41,185 bases of DNA, taken from the NCBI GenBank assembly GCA_007123065.1, contig SKSI01000099.1, positions 1 through 41,185 of the forward strand. The letters run 5' to 3'. Under the pieces are notes generated by a model. The model did no database searches. It was given only the letters and a program-made list of their open reading frames with translations, and was not told the origin of the DNA. The translations under genes and the position numbers were made by a program. Below, piece after piece: positions 28,306-38,383 of the stretch. The number at the start of each line of letters is the position of its first letter. Positions within the stretch are counted from its first letter, which is position 1. Origin of the DNA: Bacteroidales bacterium. GTDB taxonomy: Bacteria > Bacteroidota > Bacteroidia > Bacteroidales > UBA7960.

Positions 28306-29352
28306 ATGCTTTCAGATGATATTTACATGCAAAGGTGTATTGACCTCGCCCTTCCCGGGCTTGGCCATGTTGCACCCAATCCGCTTGTAGGAGCTGTTGT
28401 TGTTTTGAAGGACAAAATTATTGGCGAAGGATTCCACAGACGATACGGTGGCCACCACGCTGAAGTGGAAGCAATTCAAGCTGTTGAAGATAAGTCATTG
28501 CTGAAAAGATCCACCTTGTACGTGAATCTGGAACCCTGCTGCCATCACGGCAAAACCCCTCCCTGCACAGACCTGATCATGAAGAGTGACATTCCACACG
28601 TTGTAATCGGAACGGTTGATCCGTTTGACGCCGTTGCAGGTAAGGGCATAGCCCGTTTAAGAAGCCAGGGAGTAAATGTTCGTGTGGGTGTTCTAAAGGA
28701 TGAGTGCAGAGAACTCAACAAACGCTTTTTCGCGTTTTATGAGAAAAAAAGGCCCTATATCATATTAAAATGGGCACAAACTGCTGATGGCTATATAGAT
28801 ATAAACCGATTGTCAAATGCAGAAAAACGTCCTACCTGGATCACCAGTGAGAAACTCCGAATGCTTGTACATAAATGGCGCACCGAAGAAGCTGCTATAA
28901 TGGTCGGAACTGAAACAGCACTTAAAGATAACCCCAAACTTAATGTCCGGGACTGGCACGGCCCAAACCCTTGTCGCATTGTTATCGACAGGAGGTTAAG
29001 GCTAAGTCCGGATTACAACCTGTTGGATGACACACAACCAACACTGGTATTTAACGAGATGCAAAGCAAAACGACAGGGAATACCAGATTCATTCAAATC
29101 CCCTTTAACCAGAACATATTGCCTCATGTAATGAAGTTTTTATTTGAAGAGCGGCTGCAATCATTAATTGTTGAGGGTGGAAGAAAGTTGCTGCAGTCAT
29201 TCATCGACAGCAACCTCTGGGATGAAGCAAGAATTTTCACAGGGAGTCAGTTTTTTTGTGATGGTATTAAGGCACCGAATTTGTTATCCGTAAAAAACAA
29301 AGCACACATCATCATCGGTCAGGAGGGCTTTTTTAGAATAAAAAACGCTTGA
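28306..29352 (+). CDS. ribD: Riboflavin biosynthesis deaminase/reductase RibD
   Basis: PNPLVGAV, HAEVEA, LEPCCHHGKTPPC, LKWAQTADG and VEGG; TATCTTTG element at 28276-28283. Confidence 0.96.
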   Translation: MLSDDIYMQRCIDLALPGLGHVAPNPLVGAVVVLKDKIIGEGFHRRYGGHHAEVEAIQAVEDKSLLKRSTLYVNLEPCCHHGKTPPCTDLIMKSDIPHVVIGTVDPFDAVAGKGIARLRSQGVNVRVGVLKDECRELNKRFFAFYEKKRPYIILKWAQTADGYIDINRLSNAEKRPTWITSEKLRMLVHKWRTEEAAIMVGTETALKDNPKLNVRDWHGPNPCRIVIDRRLRLSPDYNLLDDTQPTLVFNEMQSKTTGNTRFIQIPFNQNILPHVMKFLFEERLQSLIVEGGRKLLQSFIDSNLWDEARIFTGSQFFCDGIKAPNLLSVKNKAHIIIGQEGFFRIKNA

Positions 29353-29364
29353 CCCGTATTATCT

Positions 29365-29970
29365 ATGGACACTTATCAAACCATTAGCAACTCCTCCACG
29401 GGTTTATACAAGGACAAAGGGAGCAAGTTTATTGCCCTGGCAAAACCTGTCGCCAATGAGGAAGATATTTCCAGGATCCTTGACGATATAAAAAAGGAAT
29501 ATCACGATGCGCGGCATCACTGCTATGCCTGGGTGCTCGGATATCAGCAGGAGCATTATAAGGTCAATGACGACGGAGAACCCTCGGGAACGGCTGGAAG
29601 ACCAATCCACGGACAAATCCTGTCGGCGGGGTTAACCAACATCATCATTGTTGTTGTCCGCTATTTTGGAGGCACCAAGCTGGGCGTCAGAGGCCTGATC
29701 AATGCGTACAAAGGTGCTGCAAATGAAGCGATTCAAAACAATACCATCATCACCAAATCAATCAGAAAACATTACCGCCTGCATTTTGACTACCTTGCAA
29801 TGAATGATGTGATGCAAATCCTGAAAGAATTTGACCTCCCACAAAAAGCGCACGATTTTGATTTGAAATGTAAATTGGATTTTTCTGTCCGACTATCAAA
29901 ATCGAAAGAAGTAATTGGTAAGCTTGAGAAGGTCAACGACATACAAATTGAATTCCTTTTTACAAGATAA
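29365..29970 (+). CDS. yigZ: YigZ/IMPACT family protein
   Basis: KGSKFIA, ARHHCYAW, DDGEPSGTAGRP and VVRYFGGTKLG. Confidence 0.92.
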   Translation: MDTYQTISNSSTGLYKDKGSKFIALAKPVANEEDISRILDDIKKEYHDARHHCYAWVLGYQQEHYKVNDDGEPSGTAGRPIHGQILSAGLTNIIIVVVRYFGGTKLGVRGLINAYKGAANEAIQNNTIITKSIRKHYRLHFDYLAMNDVMQILKEFDLPQKAHDFDLKCKLDFSVRLSKSKEVIGKLEKVNDIQIEFLFTR

Positions 29971-30075
29971 TTTTTTAAAAAATCTTTTCAATTATCTTTT
30001 TAAGATGGTTGTTTATTTTGCGAAATAAGCTTAATATTGTATTGCGTTTACCAAAACCAAATTCAAATTCAGAAT

Positions 30076-30840
30076 ATGTATAATTACCGACACCTCAGGA
30101 TCGGTGGGGTATTTTTTGCACTCATATTTTTTGCTGCCTGTGGTCCCGCAACCGAACCAGTTCAGGTTGAAGGAAACATCTATGCTGTAGACTCTTTGCA
30201 TGCTCCTGAGAAGGATCCTGAAATTGATTCCATCATTGCAATTTATCGAGATGACCTTAAACAGGAGATGACGCAGATTCTGGCTTTTTCAGATCAAACG
30301 ATGACCCGGGGCACCCCGGAAGGTCTTCTGAACAACTTTGTTGCCGATCTGGTTTTCGAAACCGGTCAGGACATCTATCAGGGTGAAGAAACTATAGATT
30401 TTTGCCTGCTGAATTATGGAGGATTGCGTGCTCCTATTCCTGAAGGCCCCGTAACCATGTCTCACGCTTTTGAATTGATGCCATTTGAGAATGAAATGGT
30501 CGTGATAACTTTAAGTCCAGAAAGAACCCTTGAACTTTTCGATTACTTGGCCGAATCCAATGTTGGGATGCCGGTTTCCGGTATCAGGATAAATATTGAT
30601 GACGGCCAGGTAATGGATGTCAGCATTGGCGGGAAGGACTTTGATCCGGAAAGAAATTACAACGTGCTTACTTCCGACTATCTTGCCGGTGGTGGTGATA
30701 ATATGAATTTTTTTCTTGAACCTTTGGATTATGAATATCTGGGTTTAAGGATCAGGGATGCCATAATCCAATATTTGCAGAAACAACATCAACAAGGTCT
30801 ACCTATTCAAAGCCGTCTTGACGGCCGAATCAGCAATTAA
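30076..30840 (+). CDS. 5'-nucleotidase C-terminal domain lipoprotein
   Basis: Lipobox FFAAC, LNNFVAD, NYGGLR, LMPFEN and TSDYLAGGGD; ATG 30076 preferred over TTG 30037. Confidence 0.88.
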   Translation: MYNYRHLRIGGVFFALIFFAACGPATEPVQVEGNIYAVDSLHAPEKDPEIDSIIAIYRDDLKQEMTQILAFSDQTMTRGTPEGLLNNFVADLVFETGQDIYQGEETIDFCLLNYGGLRAPIPEGPVTMSHAFELMPFENEMVVITLSPERTLELFDYLAESNVGMPVSGIRINIDDGQVMDVSIGGKDFDPERNYNVLTSDYLAGGGDNMNFFLEPLDYEYLGLRIRDAIIQYLQKQHQQGLPIQSRLDGRISN

Positions 30841-30842
30841 TT

Positions 30843-31760
30843 ATGCAGCAATTTAACAGACGAAAATTTCTTAAAACTTTAGGCGTTGCAGGAGCAACGT
30901 CCTTAATCGGAATCCCTGCCTGGGCCTTGCGCAATTCCGGAACCGGACACCTTACCATCCTCCACACCAACGACACCCACAGCCGTATCGACCCCTATCC
31001 CGATAACGATCCCAATTTCCCGGGCCAGGCTGGGTATGCCCGACGCGCTCATCTCATAAAAAAGGTAAGAGAAGATAATTCAAACCTGCTTTTACTTGAT
31101 GCCGGAGATATCTTCCAGGGCACACCTTACTATAACTTGTATGGCGGAAAAGTCGAACTGAAGCTGATGAGCAAAATGGGCTATGATGCAGCAGCATTCG
31201 GCAACCACGAGTTCGACAACGGACTCGATGGTTTTCTTGATGTGCTTCCATACGCAAACTTTCCTTTCCTGATTGCAAATTACGATTTCAGCAATACAAT
31301 CCTGAAGGGGAAAACCAAAGAATACATCATCAAAGAAAAAAATGAGAAAAAAATTGGAATCTACGGTCTGGGAATCCAGTTTGAAGGCCTTGTGAGCCGT
31401 GCTATGTATGGTGACACTGTTTATATTGATCCGATAGAGAAAGCAAGGGAAGTCGAAAATATTCTCCGTAAACGTCACCGATGCGACCTGATCATTTGTC
31501 TTTCACATCTGGGTTTTAATTATGAAGATGACAGAGTCAGCGATACCGTCCTGGCCGAACACACAATGAATACCGATATAATTATTGGTGGCCATACGCA
31601 CAGCCTGTTAGACCCGCCGGCACAAATTCAAAATCAAGCCGGCAAAACCGTATACATTGCTCAGGCCGGATACGGGGGTGCTTATTTAGGACGTCTTGAT
31701 GTTTTCTTCGATCCCGATCATCATCAAAAATTCGTAGAATCCAATACAACAAAAATTTAG
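30843..31760 (+). CDS. 5'-nucleotidase N-terminal metallophosphatase with a Tat signal
   Basis: NRRKFLK twin-arginine signal, HTNDTHS, DAGDIFQG, GNHEFD, SHLG and GGHTH. Confidence 0.9.
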   Translation: MQQFNRRKFLKTLGVAGATSLIGIPAWALRNSGTGHLTILHTNDTHSRIDPYPDNDPNFPGQAGYARRAHLIKKVREDNSNLLLLDAGDIFQGTPYYNLYGGKVELKLMSKMGYDAAAFGNHEFDNGLDGFLDVLPYANFPFLIANYDFSNTILKGKTKEYIIKEKNEKKIGIYGLGIQFEGLVSRAMYGDTVYIDPIEKAREVENILRKRHRCDLIICLSHLGFNYEDDRVSDTVLAEHTMNTDIIIGGHTHSLLDPPAQIQNQAGKTVYIAQAGYGGAYLGRLDVFFDPDHHQKFVESNTTKI

Positions 31761-31908
31761 ATTATACAATAGCTTAATGATTTTTTTATTCACTTTTTTT
31801 GGCTAATATTTGTTGAAAACTTTTTTCAGGAAAAGAAAAAAACACAAGCCTTGGTAATCAGACTAAAAGCAATTTTCATCACTTATACTTTTTAACAGAG
31901 AAATACGA

Positions 31909-33360
31909 ATGGATAACGGATACGAAAAGGTATGGTCGGGATGTTTGGCAGTGATCAAGGACAATATCAGTCCTAACAGCTACAATACCTGGTTTGCCCC
32001 CATCAAACCTATTCGTCTAAAGGATAGTGTATTAACCCTTCAGGTGCCCAGTCAGTTTTTTTATGAATGGCTGGAGGAGCATTATATTGATTTGTTAAAA
32101 AAAACAATCAAAAAAGAACTGGGCCCAAAAGGCAGGCTGGAATACAGCATTATCATGGACAGTTCACACGGCGGTAACACCGGCAAGCCCTACACGGTGC
32201 ACGCTCCCACCCTGAATAAAAAGGCTTTGAAAAACCCGCCCATCAGTGTACCCATTGATCTGAATAAGGGAGCAAATACTGGCAGGACGTTACCAAATCC
32301 GTTTATTATACCCGGATTAAAAAAGATCAACATCCACCCCCAGCTTATTGAGTCATACAATTTTGATAATTTCGTTCAGGGCGATTGCAACCGTCTGGCC
32401 CGCAGTGCCGGAATGGCTGTTGGCCAGAATCCAGGTAAAACATCATTTAACCCGTTATTGATCTACAGCGCTAACGGATTAGGAAAAACACACCTTGTGC
32501 ACGCGATTGGAATTGAAGTTAAAAACCTCTATCCGGAAAAAACGGTTTTATATGTAACTGCAGAACAGTTTACCAATCAGTTTATAGACTCCATACGCAA
32601 CGGGAACCAAAACGACTTTGTCCACTTTTACCAGATGATTGACCTGCTGATTATGGATGATATCCATTGCCTTGCAGGCAAACCCAAGACTCAGGATGTC
32701 TTTTTTCACCTCTTTAATCATCTGCACCAAAACGGAAAACAGATCATCGTCACCAGCGATACACCACCGGTAGAAATGAGTGGTATTGAACCCAGATTGC
32801 TATCCCGCTTTAAATGGGGACTTTCGGCTGACCTTCAGGTGCCCGACTTTGAAACCAGAATGGCCATCCTGCAGAAAAAAATTCACAATGACGGAGTTCT
32901 GATGCCCAATGAGGTTATTGAGCTGATAAGCTCCAAAATCAACACCAGCATCCGTGAAATGGAGGGTGCCCTGATCTCGATTCTGGCCCAGTCTTCAATG
33001 AATAAGAAGGAAATCACATTGGATCTGGCTGCTAAGGTGATTGACAAATTCGTTAAGAATACCCCAAAAGAGATTTCCATTGATTACATCCAGAAAACGG
33101 TCAGCCAGTATTTTGATATCCCCCTGGAAAAATTGAAATCAAAAAGCAGAAAACGGGAAACCGTTCAGGCACGACAACTGGCTATGTATTTCTCAAAGTT
33201 GCATACCAAGGCATCTCTTGCAGTGATTGGCAATAAATGTGGCAATAAAGACCACGCAACTGTATTGCACGCCTGCAAAACCATCAAAAACCTAATGGAT
33301 ACCGATAAGAGGTTTAAAAAATATGTAGAAGATATCGATAACATCATAAAAATAAAATAA
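31909..33360 (+). CDS. dnaA: Chromosomal replication initiator DnaA
   Basis: YNFDNFV.G.CN, FNPL, GLGKTH, DDI, RLLSRFKWGL, REMEGAL, ARQLAMY and KDHATVLHA. Confidence 0.98.
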   Translation: MDNGYEKVWSGCLAVIKDNISPNSYNTWFAPIKPIRLKDSVLTLQVPSQFFYEWLEEHYIDLLKKTIKKELGPKGRLEYSIIMDSSHGGNTGKPYTVHAPTLNKKALKNPPISVPIDLNKGANTGRTLPNPFIIPGLKKINIHPQLIESYNFDNFVQGDCNRLARSAGMAVGQNPGKTSFNPLLIYSANGLGKTHLVHAIGIEVKNLYPEKTVLYVTAEQFTNQFIDSIRNGNQNDFVHFYQMIDLLIMDDIHCLAGKPKTQDVFFHLFNHLHQNGKQIIVTSDTPPVEMSGIEPRLLSRFKWGLSADLQVPDFETRMAILQKKIHNDGVLMPNEVIELISSKINTSIREMEGALISILAQSSMNKKEITLDLAAKVIDKFVKNTPKEISIDYIQKTVSQYFDIPLEKLKSKSRKRETVQARQLAMYFSKLHTKASLAVIGNKCGNKDHATVLHACKTIKNLMDTDKRFKKYVEDIDNIIKIK

Positions 33361-33384
33361 GAGCCATCAGGAAAACGGTTTCAT

Positions 33385-33414
33385 AACCCGGAAGCCACGG
33401 CTCTCCGGGTTTTT
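33385..33414 (+). terminator. Rho-independent terminator after dnaA
   Basis: AACCCGGA-AGCC-ac-GGCT-c-TCCGGGTT followed by TTT. Confidence 0.7.
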
Positions 33415-33423
33415 CTATCAACC

Positions 33424-33455
33424 AAACAACTAAACAACTCAACAACTAAACAACT
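33424..33455. repeat. 8-bp tandem repeat, (A/C)AACAACT x4
   Basis: aaacaact aaacaact caacaact aaacaact, ending 8 bp before ATG 33464. Confidence 0.9.
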
Positions 33456-33463
33456 TTAAACAC

Positions 33464-33931
33464 ATGAAGGTATTAATGGTTTGTTTGGGTAATATCTGCC
33501 GCTCACCCCTGGCAGAAGGGATCTTACGCAATAAACTTGAAATGCGGGGGCTGGCAGGTGAAGTGGATTCTGCCGGAACGGCCGCCTATCACACGGGAGA
33601 AAAACCCGACCGTCGTTCCATTGAAATAGCAAAAAAACACGGTATCGATATTTCCTATCAGCGTGGAAGGCAATTCGAAATGGCTGATTTCAAACGTTTT
33701 GATAAGATATATGCGATGGACAGGCACAATTATAACGACCTGATTGCCCTGGCCCGGGATCCGATAGAGCGGCAAAAAGTTGAGATGATCCTCAATGCAG
33801 TAAATCCCAAAGAAAATCGCAGTGTACCAGACCCTTATTATGGCGGCAAAGATGGGTTCATCAATGTGTATAATATGCTTGATGAAGCATGCGAGGTGAT
33901 CGTCAATATGATTGAGCAAAAATCCAATTAA
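33464..33931 (+). CDS. Low molecular weight protein-tyrosine phosphatase
   Basis: VCLGNICRSP, DSAGT and DPYYG. Confidence 0.95.
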   Translation: MKVLMVCLGNICRSPLAEGILRNKLEMRGLAGEVDSAGTAAYHTGEKPDRRSIEIAKKHGIDISYQRGRQFEMADFKRFDKIYAMDRHNYNDLIALARDPIERQKVEMILNAVNPKENRSVPDPYYGGKDGFINVYNMLDEACEVIVNMIEQKSN

Positions 33932-33949
33932 AGTCAGGAAGGATAAACC

Positions 33950-34924
33950 ATGGAGTGTATTCCAGGTGTTACGGATCTGAAGCGTGTCCGCGACATCATT
34001 GCGCCCTACATCCACAAAACACCCGTTCACAGCAGCAGAGCACTGGATACCATCTGTGGCTGCAGCCTTTTTTTTAAGTGTGAACAGTTTCAGAAGGTTG
34101 GAGCCTTTAAGTTCCGGGGAGCCACACACGCAGTAATGACACTTGATAAAAAAGAAGCCCTCAAAGGTGTCGCTACTCATTCTTCAGGAAATCACGCCCA
34201 GGCACTGGCACTGGCAGCAAGAAATCGCGGCATCACAGCACACATTGTAATGCCACAAAACGCTCCTAAAGTTAAGGTTGAAGCTGTTGTCTCTTATGGA
34301 GGAATAATTACTTTTTGTCAACCAACCCTCCCCGACAGAGAAGCCACCCTCCAAAAAGTAAGAAAGCAAACCGGTGCTGTCGAAATCCATCCCTATAACG
34401 ACTATCGCATCATTGCCGGACAGGCAAGTGCGGCAGCAGAATTTTACGACGATGTGCCGGATCTTGACTGCCTGATAGCACCTGTTGGAGGCGGCGGTCT
34501 GCTGAGCGGCAGCATATTGAGTACAAAATACTTTTCAAAACATACGAAAGTATATGGCGCAGAACCCGATCAGGCCAATGATGCATGGCAATCCTTCAAA
34601 CAAAAAAAGCTCATCCCTGTTGAAAAAGCTTTAACCATTGCAGACGGATTGCGCACCTCACTCGGAAGCCTTACATTTCCAATTATTGCTGATGGCGCCG
34701 AAGATATCTTGTGCGTACAGGAGGCAACAATCATCAGGGCAATGATGCTGATCTGGGAACGAATGAAGCTTATCGTGGAGCCAAGCGCTGCAGTCCCTTT
34801 GGCTGCCGTACTGGAACACCCTGCTGTATTTGCCGGCAAACGCGCCGGAATCATCCTCTCAGGAGGAAACGTTGACCTGATGAACCTTCCATGGCTGGAT
34901 CCACAACACTTTGGAAAACATTAA
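33950..34924 (+). CDS. PLP-dependent serine/threonine dehydratase or serine racemase family
   Basis: FKCEQFQKVGAFKFRG, SSGNHAQ, GGGGLL, EPSAA and SGGNVD. Confidence 0.9.
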   Translation: MECIPGVTDLKRVRDIIAPYIHKTPVHSSRALDTICGCSLFFKCEQFQKVGAFKFRGATHAVMTLDKKEALKGVATHSSGNHAQALALAARNRGITAHIVMPQNAPKVKVEAVVSYGGIITFCQPTLPDREATLQKVRKQTGAVEIHPYNDYRIIAGQASAAAEFYDDVPDLDCLIAPVGGGGLLSGSILSTKYFSKHTKVYGAEPDQANDAWQSFKQKKLIPVEKALTIADGLRTSLGSLTFPIIADGAEDILCVQEATIIRAMMLIWERMKLIVEPSAAVPLAAVLEHPAVFAGKRAGIILSGGNVDLMNLPWLDPQHFGKH

Positions 34925-34939
34925 CTATCAAATTTTTAT

Positions 34940-35662
34940 ATGGATAAAAGTCATAATAAAGGTGTTTTATACCTGATCCCGACACTGCTGGGAGATGCTC
35001 CCATTGAGGACTCGTTGCCGACAGGGAATCTGAAAACCATTAACAGTCTTCAGGTCTTTATCGTAGAAAATCTGCGCAGCGCAAGGAGGTTTCTGAAGCA
35101 GGCAGGCTATCAGCATCCGTTTGAGGAGGTTGTATTTCATATTCTGAACAAGCACACAGAAAAGGAGGATCTGATGTCGTTTCTGAATTCTGCACAATCA
35201 GGGAGTTCGATCGGATTGCTGTCCGAAGCAGGTTGTCCATGTATTGCAGATCCGGGCCAGCTGATTGTTAATCAAGCACATCAACTGGGAATCAGGGTAA
35301 AGCCACTGGTTGGTCCCAGTTCCATTATTCTCGCACTGATGGCTTCTGGCATGAACGGACAAGCTTTTCAGTTTCACGGCTATCTTCCGATTCAGAAACA
35401 GCAGCGGGTGCTTCAAATCAAAGAGCTGGAAAAGCATGCACACCATACAAGTACCACCCAGATCTTTATGGAAACCCCTTTCAGAAACATGCAGCTGCTT
35501 GAAGATATATTGAGAAGTTGCCGTCAGGATACACAATTATGTATTGCTGCCAACCTGACGACTGCTGATGAATATATACATACCAAAACCATCAAAGCCT
35601 GGTCTCGGAAAAAGCCACCCAACCTGCATAAGCAGCCGGCGATCTTCTTATTATTTCGCTGA
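34940..35662 (+). CDS. Tetrapyrrole methylase family SAM-dependent methyltransferase (RsmI-like paralogue)
   Basis: LYLIPT.LG, SEAGCPCIADPG, GPSSI.LAL.ASG, F.GYLP and ETPFRN. Confidence 0.88.
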   Translation: MDKSHNKGVLYLIPTLLGDAPIEDSLPTGNLKTINSLQVFIVENLRSARRFLKQAGYQHPFEEVVFHILNKHTEKEDLMSFLNSAQSGSSIGLLSEAGCPCIADPGQLIVNQAHQLGIRVKPLVGPSSIILALMASGMNGQAFQFHGYLPIQKQQRVLQIKELEKHAHHTSTTQIFMETPFRNMQLLEDILRSCRQDTQLCIAANLTTADEYIHTKTIKAWSRKKPPNLHKQPAIFLLFR

Positions 35663-36457
35663 AAGATTTTTCTTCCTCTTGATGGCAAGGTAAAGAAAAA
35701 CCACCCCGGCAATGATCAGCGGGATGCTTAATATCTGACCCATGTTGAGCAGCATGTTTTCCTCAAATCCCGATTGCGGTTCTTTAATAAACTCAATAAG
35801 AAAACGGGCCGTGAACATTACAACAGCAAACAAACCGGCAATAAATCCCGGAGCCAGACTTTTATACTTTTTTACATATAGAACCAACAACCCAATAAAT
35901 AGCACAAGGTAGGTTAAACCCTCGTAAAGCTGGGTCGGGTGCTTTGGCACCACCTCTCCCCTGTTTTCAAAAATGAATCCCCAGGGCAAAGCGGTTTCTA
36001 TTCCATAAATCTCCGAGTTCATCAGGTTACCCATACGGATAAAGAAAGCCGCGAGCGATATGGGGATCACTAAACGGTCGAGCAACCATAAGTAACCGGG
36101 TTTGGGATACTTCTTCTTGTAGAGCCACAAGGCGATCACAATGCCTATTGCGCCGCCGTGACTGGCAAGACCACCTTGCCAGATATAAAGCACCTCAATC
36201 AGGTTTTGTGAATAATACGACCAATCATAAAAAAAGCAATGGCCGAGCCTTGCACCGATGATGCTTCCTGCGGCCATATAAATCAAAAGACTGTCAGCCT
36301 GATTCAACGGGATTTTTTCATTTTTAAAGATGCGGACGGTAATCTCATATCCCATGTAAAAAGACAATGCCCAGAACAGACCGTACCATCTTACCGTCAA
36401 ACTGCCGATCCGGAATATCTCCGGACTGGCATCCCATGATATTTGCAATAGTTCCAT
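35651..36457 (-). CDS. lgt: Prolipoprotein diacylglyceryl transferase
   Basis: RWYGL, GARLGHC, WQGGLASHGG, RMGNLMNSEIYG, HPTQLYE and RFLIEF. Confidence 0.97.
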   Translation of the reverse strand: MELLQISWDASPEIFRIGSLTVRWYGLFWALSFYMGYEITVRIFKNEKIPLNQADSLLIYMAAGSIIGARLGHCFFYDWSYYSQNLIEVLYIWQGGLASHGGAIGIVIALWLYKKKYPKPGYLWLLDRLVIPISLAAFFIRMGNLMNSEIYGIETALPWGFIFENRGEVVPKHPTQLYEGLTYLVLFIGLLVLYVKKYKSLAPGFIAGLFAVVMFTARFLIEFIKEPQSGFEENMLLNMGQILSIPLIIAGVVFLYLAIKRKKNLSAK

Positions 36458-36541
36458 AAATAGAATGATAAGAATTTTTTTATTGATTAATCATAAAGGA
36501 TGAATGCGAATTCTCAGGATCCTTAAAAGGGATCAACCACG

Positions 36542-37441
36542 TTATCTAAGTACCTCTAACAATTCCACATCGAAAAAGATGGTTTCATCGGGGGGTACAA
36601 TGTCTGCGCCCTTATCACCGTAAGCGAGCCATGGCGGAAGGATCATACGCGCCCTTGAACCCTCTTTCAGCAAAGCAAACCCTTCATCCCAACCCCTGAT
36701 TACCTGCGATGAACCCAGCACAAACCTTACCGGTACCCCCCGTTGTATGGAAGAGTCGAAAAGTGTGCTGTCATTCAGGTATCCTGAGTAATGAGCCACA
36801 ATGATGTTTCCGGGAACAGGCAATGCACCGCTTCCTTTCTGCTTGACAATGATCTGAAGACCTGATTCGGTAACCAATGTGTCCGGTTCTTCAAACTCGA
36901 ACAAAACAGGAATATCAATTTCACCGGCATCAAGGATTTCCAGGTCAAAAATCAGATCAGCATTGGGTGGAATGGGGGCCCTTCCCGCTTTACCGTAGGC
37001 CAATGAATCAGGGATCCATAACCTTGCTTTATCCCCAACCCGAAGATTGGGTAAGGCTTTTTCCCAACCCTCAATCACCATTCCAGCTCCCAGAACAAAA
37101 GATATGGGTTCATCACGCTCATAGGAACTGTCAAACCTTGTCCTGTTTTCAGCCAAATAGGCTGCATAATGAACTTCAACACGCATATTCTTCGTCAGGC
37201 GCGGGCCTTCGCCATATTCCAGCAGAGTATAGGAAATACCAGAAGCTGTGGTTTTTTTTTCAAGTGCTGCCGTTTCCGTAAGATCAATCACATCAACTTC
37301 TTCCAGCTCCTCAGCAGGTATTTCCTCTACAACCGGAGCAGGCTCATCATCTTTTTCTGCAACCTGAAGCAGGCTACAGCCATTGAAGAGCAATGCAGAC
37401 AGCATAACTGTCGTTAAAAGCCACCTTAAGATCTTTTGCAT
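36542..37441 (-). CDS. Two-domain FKBP-type PPIase lipoprotein
   Basis: Lipobox FNGC and two FDSS...VI.GW...LAYG FKBP domains. Confidence 0.92.
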   Translation of the reverse strand: MQKILRWLLTTVMLSALLFNGCSLLQVAEKDDEPAPVVEEIPAEELEEVDVIDLTETAALEKKTTASGISYTLLEYGEGPRLTKNMRVEVHYAAYLAENRTRFDSSYERDEPISFVLGAGMVIEGWEKALPNLRVGDKARLWIPDSLAYGKAGRAPIPPNADLIFDLEILDAGEIDIPVLFEFEEPDTLVTESGLQIIVKQKGSGALPVPGNIIVAHYSGYLNDSTLFDSSIQRGVPVRFVLGSSQVIRGWDEGFALLKEGSRARMILPPWLAYGDKGADIVPPDETIFFDVELLEVLR

Positions 37442-37471
37442 GGTAAAACCAGGTTATTGGTTTAACATTAG

Positions 37472-38362
37472 TTACTGTGCGATTTGTGCATCCACCACCT
37501 CTACATCAAAAATCAATGTGCTATATGGAGGAATTACAGGAATATCCATTCTGTCACCATATCCAAGATAAGAAGGGATGATCAGTGTTGCATTTCCTCC
37601 GACATGCATCATACCGATTCCTTCGTCCCAGCCGGGAATAACCCACCCTTGTCCAACAATGAACTCCAGAGGTTCTCCCCTGTCGTGAGATGAATCAAAA
37701 ACTGTCCCATCAAGCAAACGGCCTTCATAATGCACGGATACCATATCTCCGGATTCCACTTTCCGCCCTTCACCCCGTTCAAGCTGTATGTAATACAATC
37801 CACTAGAGGTAGGAGTCACATCGATTCCCTCTTCCTTAATATATTCCAGCAGCTTTTCATCTTCCTCTTCAGCACGTTGAAGATTCTTTTTCATTTGCTC
37901 CTCCATAATCCTTTGCTCTTCAAGAGCAAACTCTTCATCTGTAAAAGCAGCGATCAGCCTGATATGAAAAAGCAGATCATCGCCAGACTCCACAAAAGGC
38001 GGAGGCTCCATCATGCCGGCGGTATTGATAAAAAAGTTTCTGGCATTCAGCTTAAAAGATGCACTGTCACCAACAGCCATCATTCCCATTGCTTCATAAA
38101 TGTCACCAGAATAGCCCGATGTATCAAGCGGAATAAAAACGGGCATATCCGTATCCGCGCTATTGAAAAGAATGCTATCGTTTACACTATAAGACATATG
38201 CATACTGAGCATCATACCCATCTCGGGTTTTTCCTTTCCGCTCTTCTCGTGAAATACATATTTAATGCCACTCTCTGTTTCCTGAAACTGTAAATCACCG
38301 CTTGAGCAGGAGCCCATAATCAGGGCTATCAAGGCGATGAACAAAATTTGAATGTTTTTCAT
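37472..38362 (-). CDS. FKBP-type PPIase lipoprotein (degenerate N-terminal FKBP plus intact C-terminal FKBP)
   Basis: Lipobox MGSC; VHYEG.L.DGTVFDSS, VIPGWDEG and IPSYLGYG. Confidence 0.92.
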   Translation of the reverse strand: MKNIQILFIALIALIMGSCSSGDLQFQETESGIKYVFHEKSGKEKPEMGMMLSMHMSYSVNDSILFNSADTDMPVFIPLDTSGYSGDIYEAMGMMAVGDSASFKLNARNFFINTAGMMEPPPFVESGDDLLFHIRLIAAFTDEEFALEEQRIMEEQMKKNLQRAEEEDEKLLEYIKEEGIDVTPTSSGLYYIQLERGEGRKVESGDMVSVHYEGRLLDGTVFDSSHDRGEPLEFIVGQGWVIPGWDEGIGMMHVGGNATLIIPSYLGYGDRMDIPVIPPYSTLIFDVEVVDAQIAQ

Positions 38363-38383
38363 GAATGATAAGTTTGTTTAAGA

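Noticed and set aside
33524-34180. 218-aa antisense ORF (and similar ones at 22505..22990, 27558..28025, 37730..38293)
   Set aside because: They overlap well-supported genes on the opposite strand and have no recognisable motifs.
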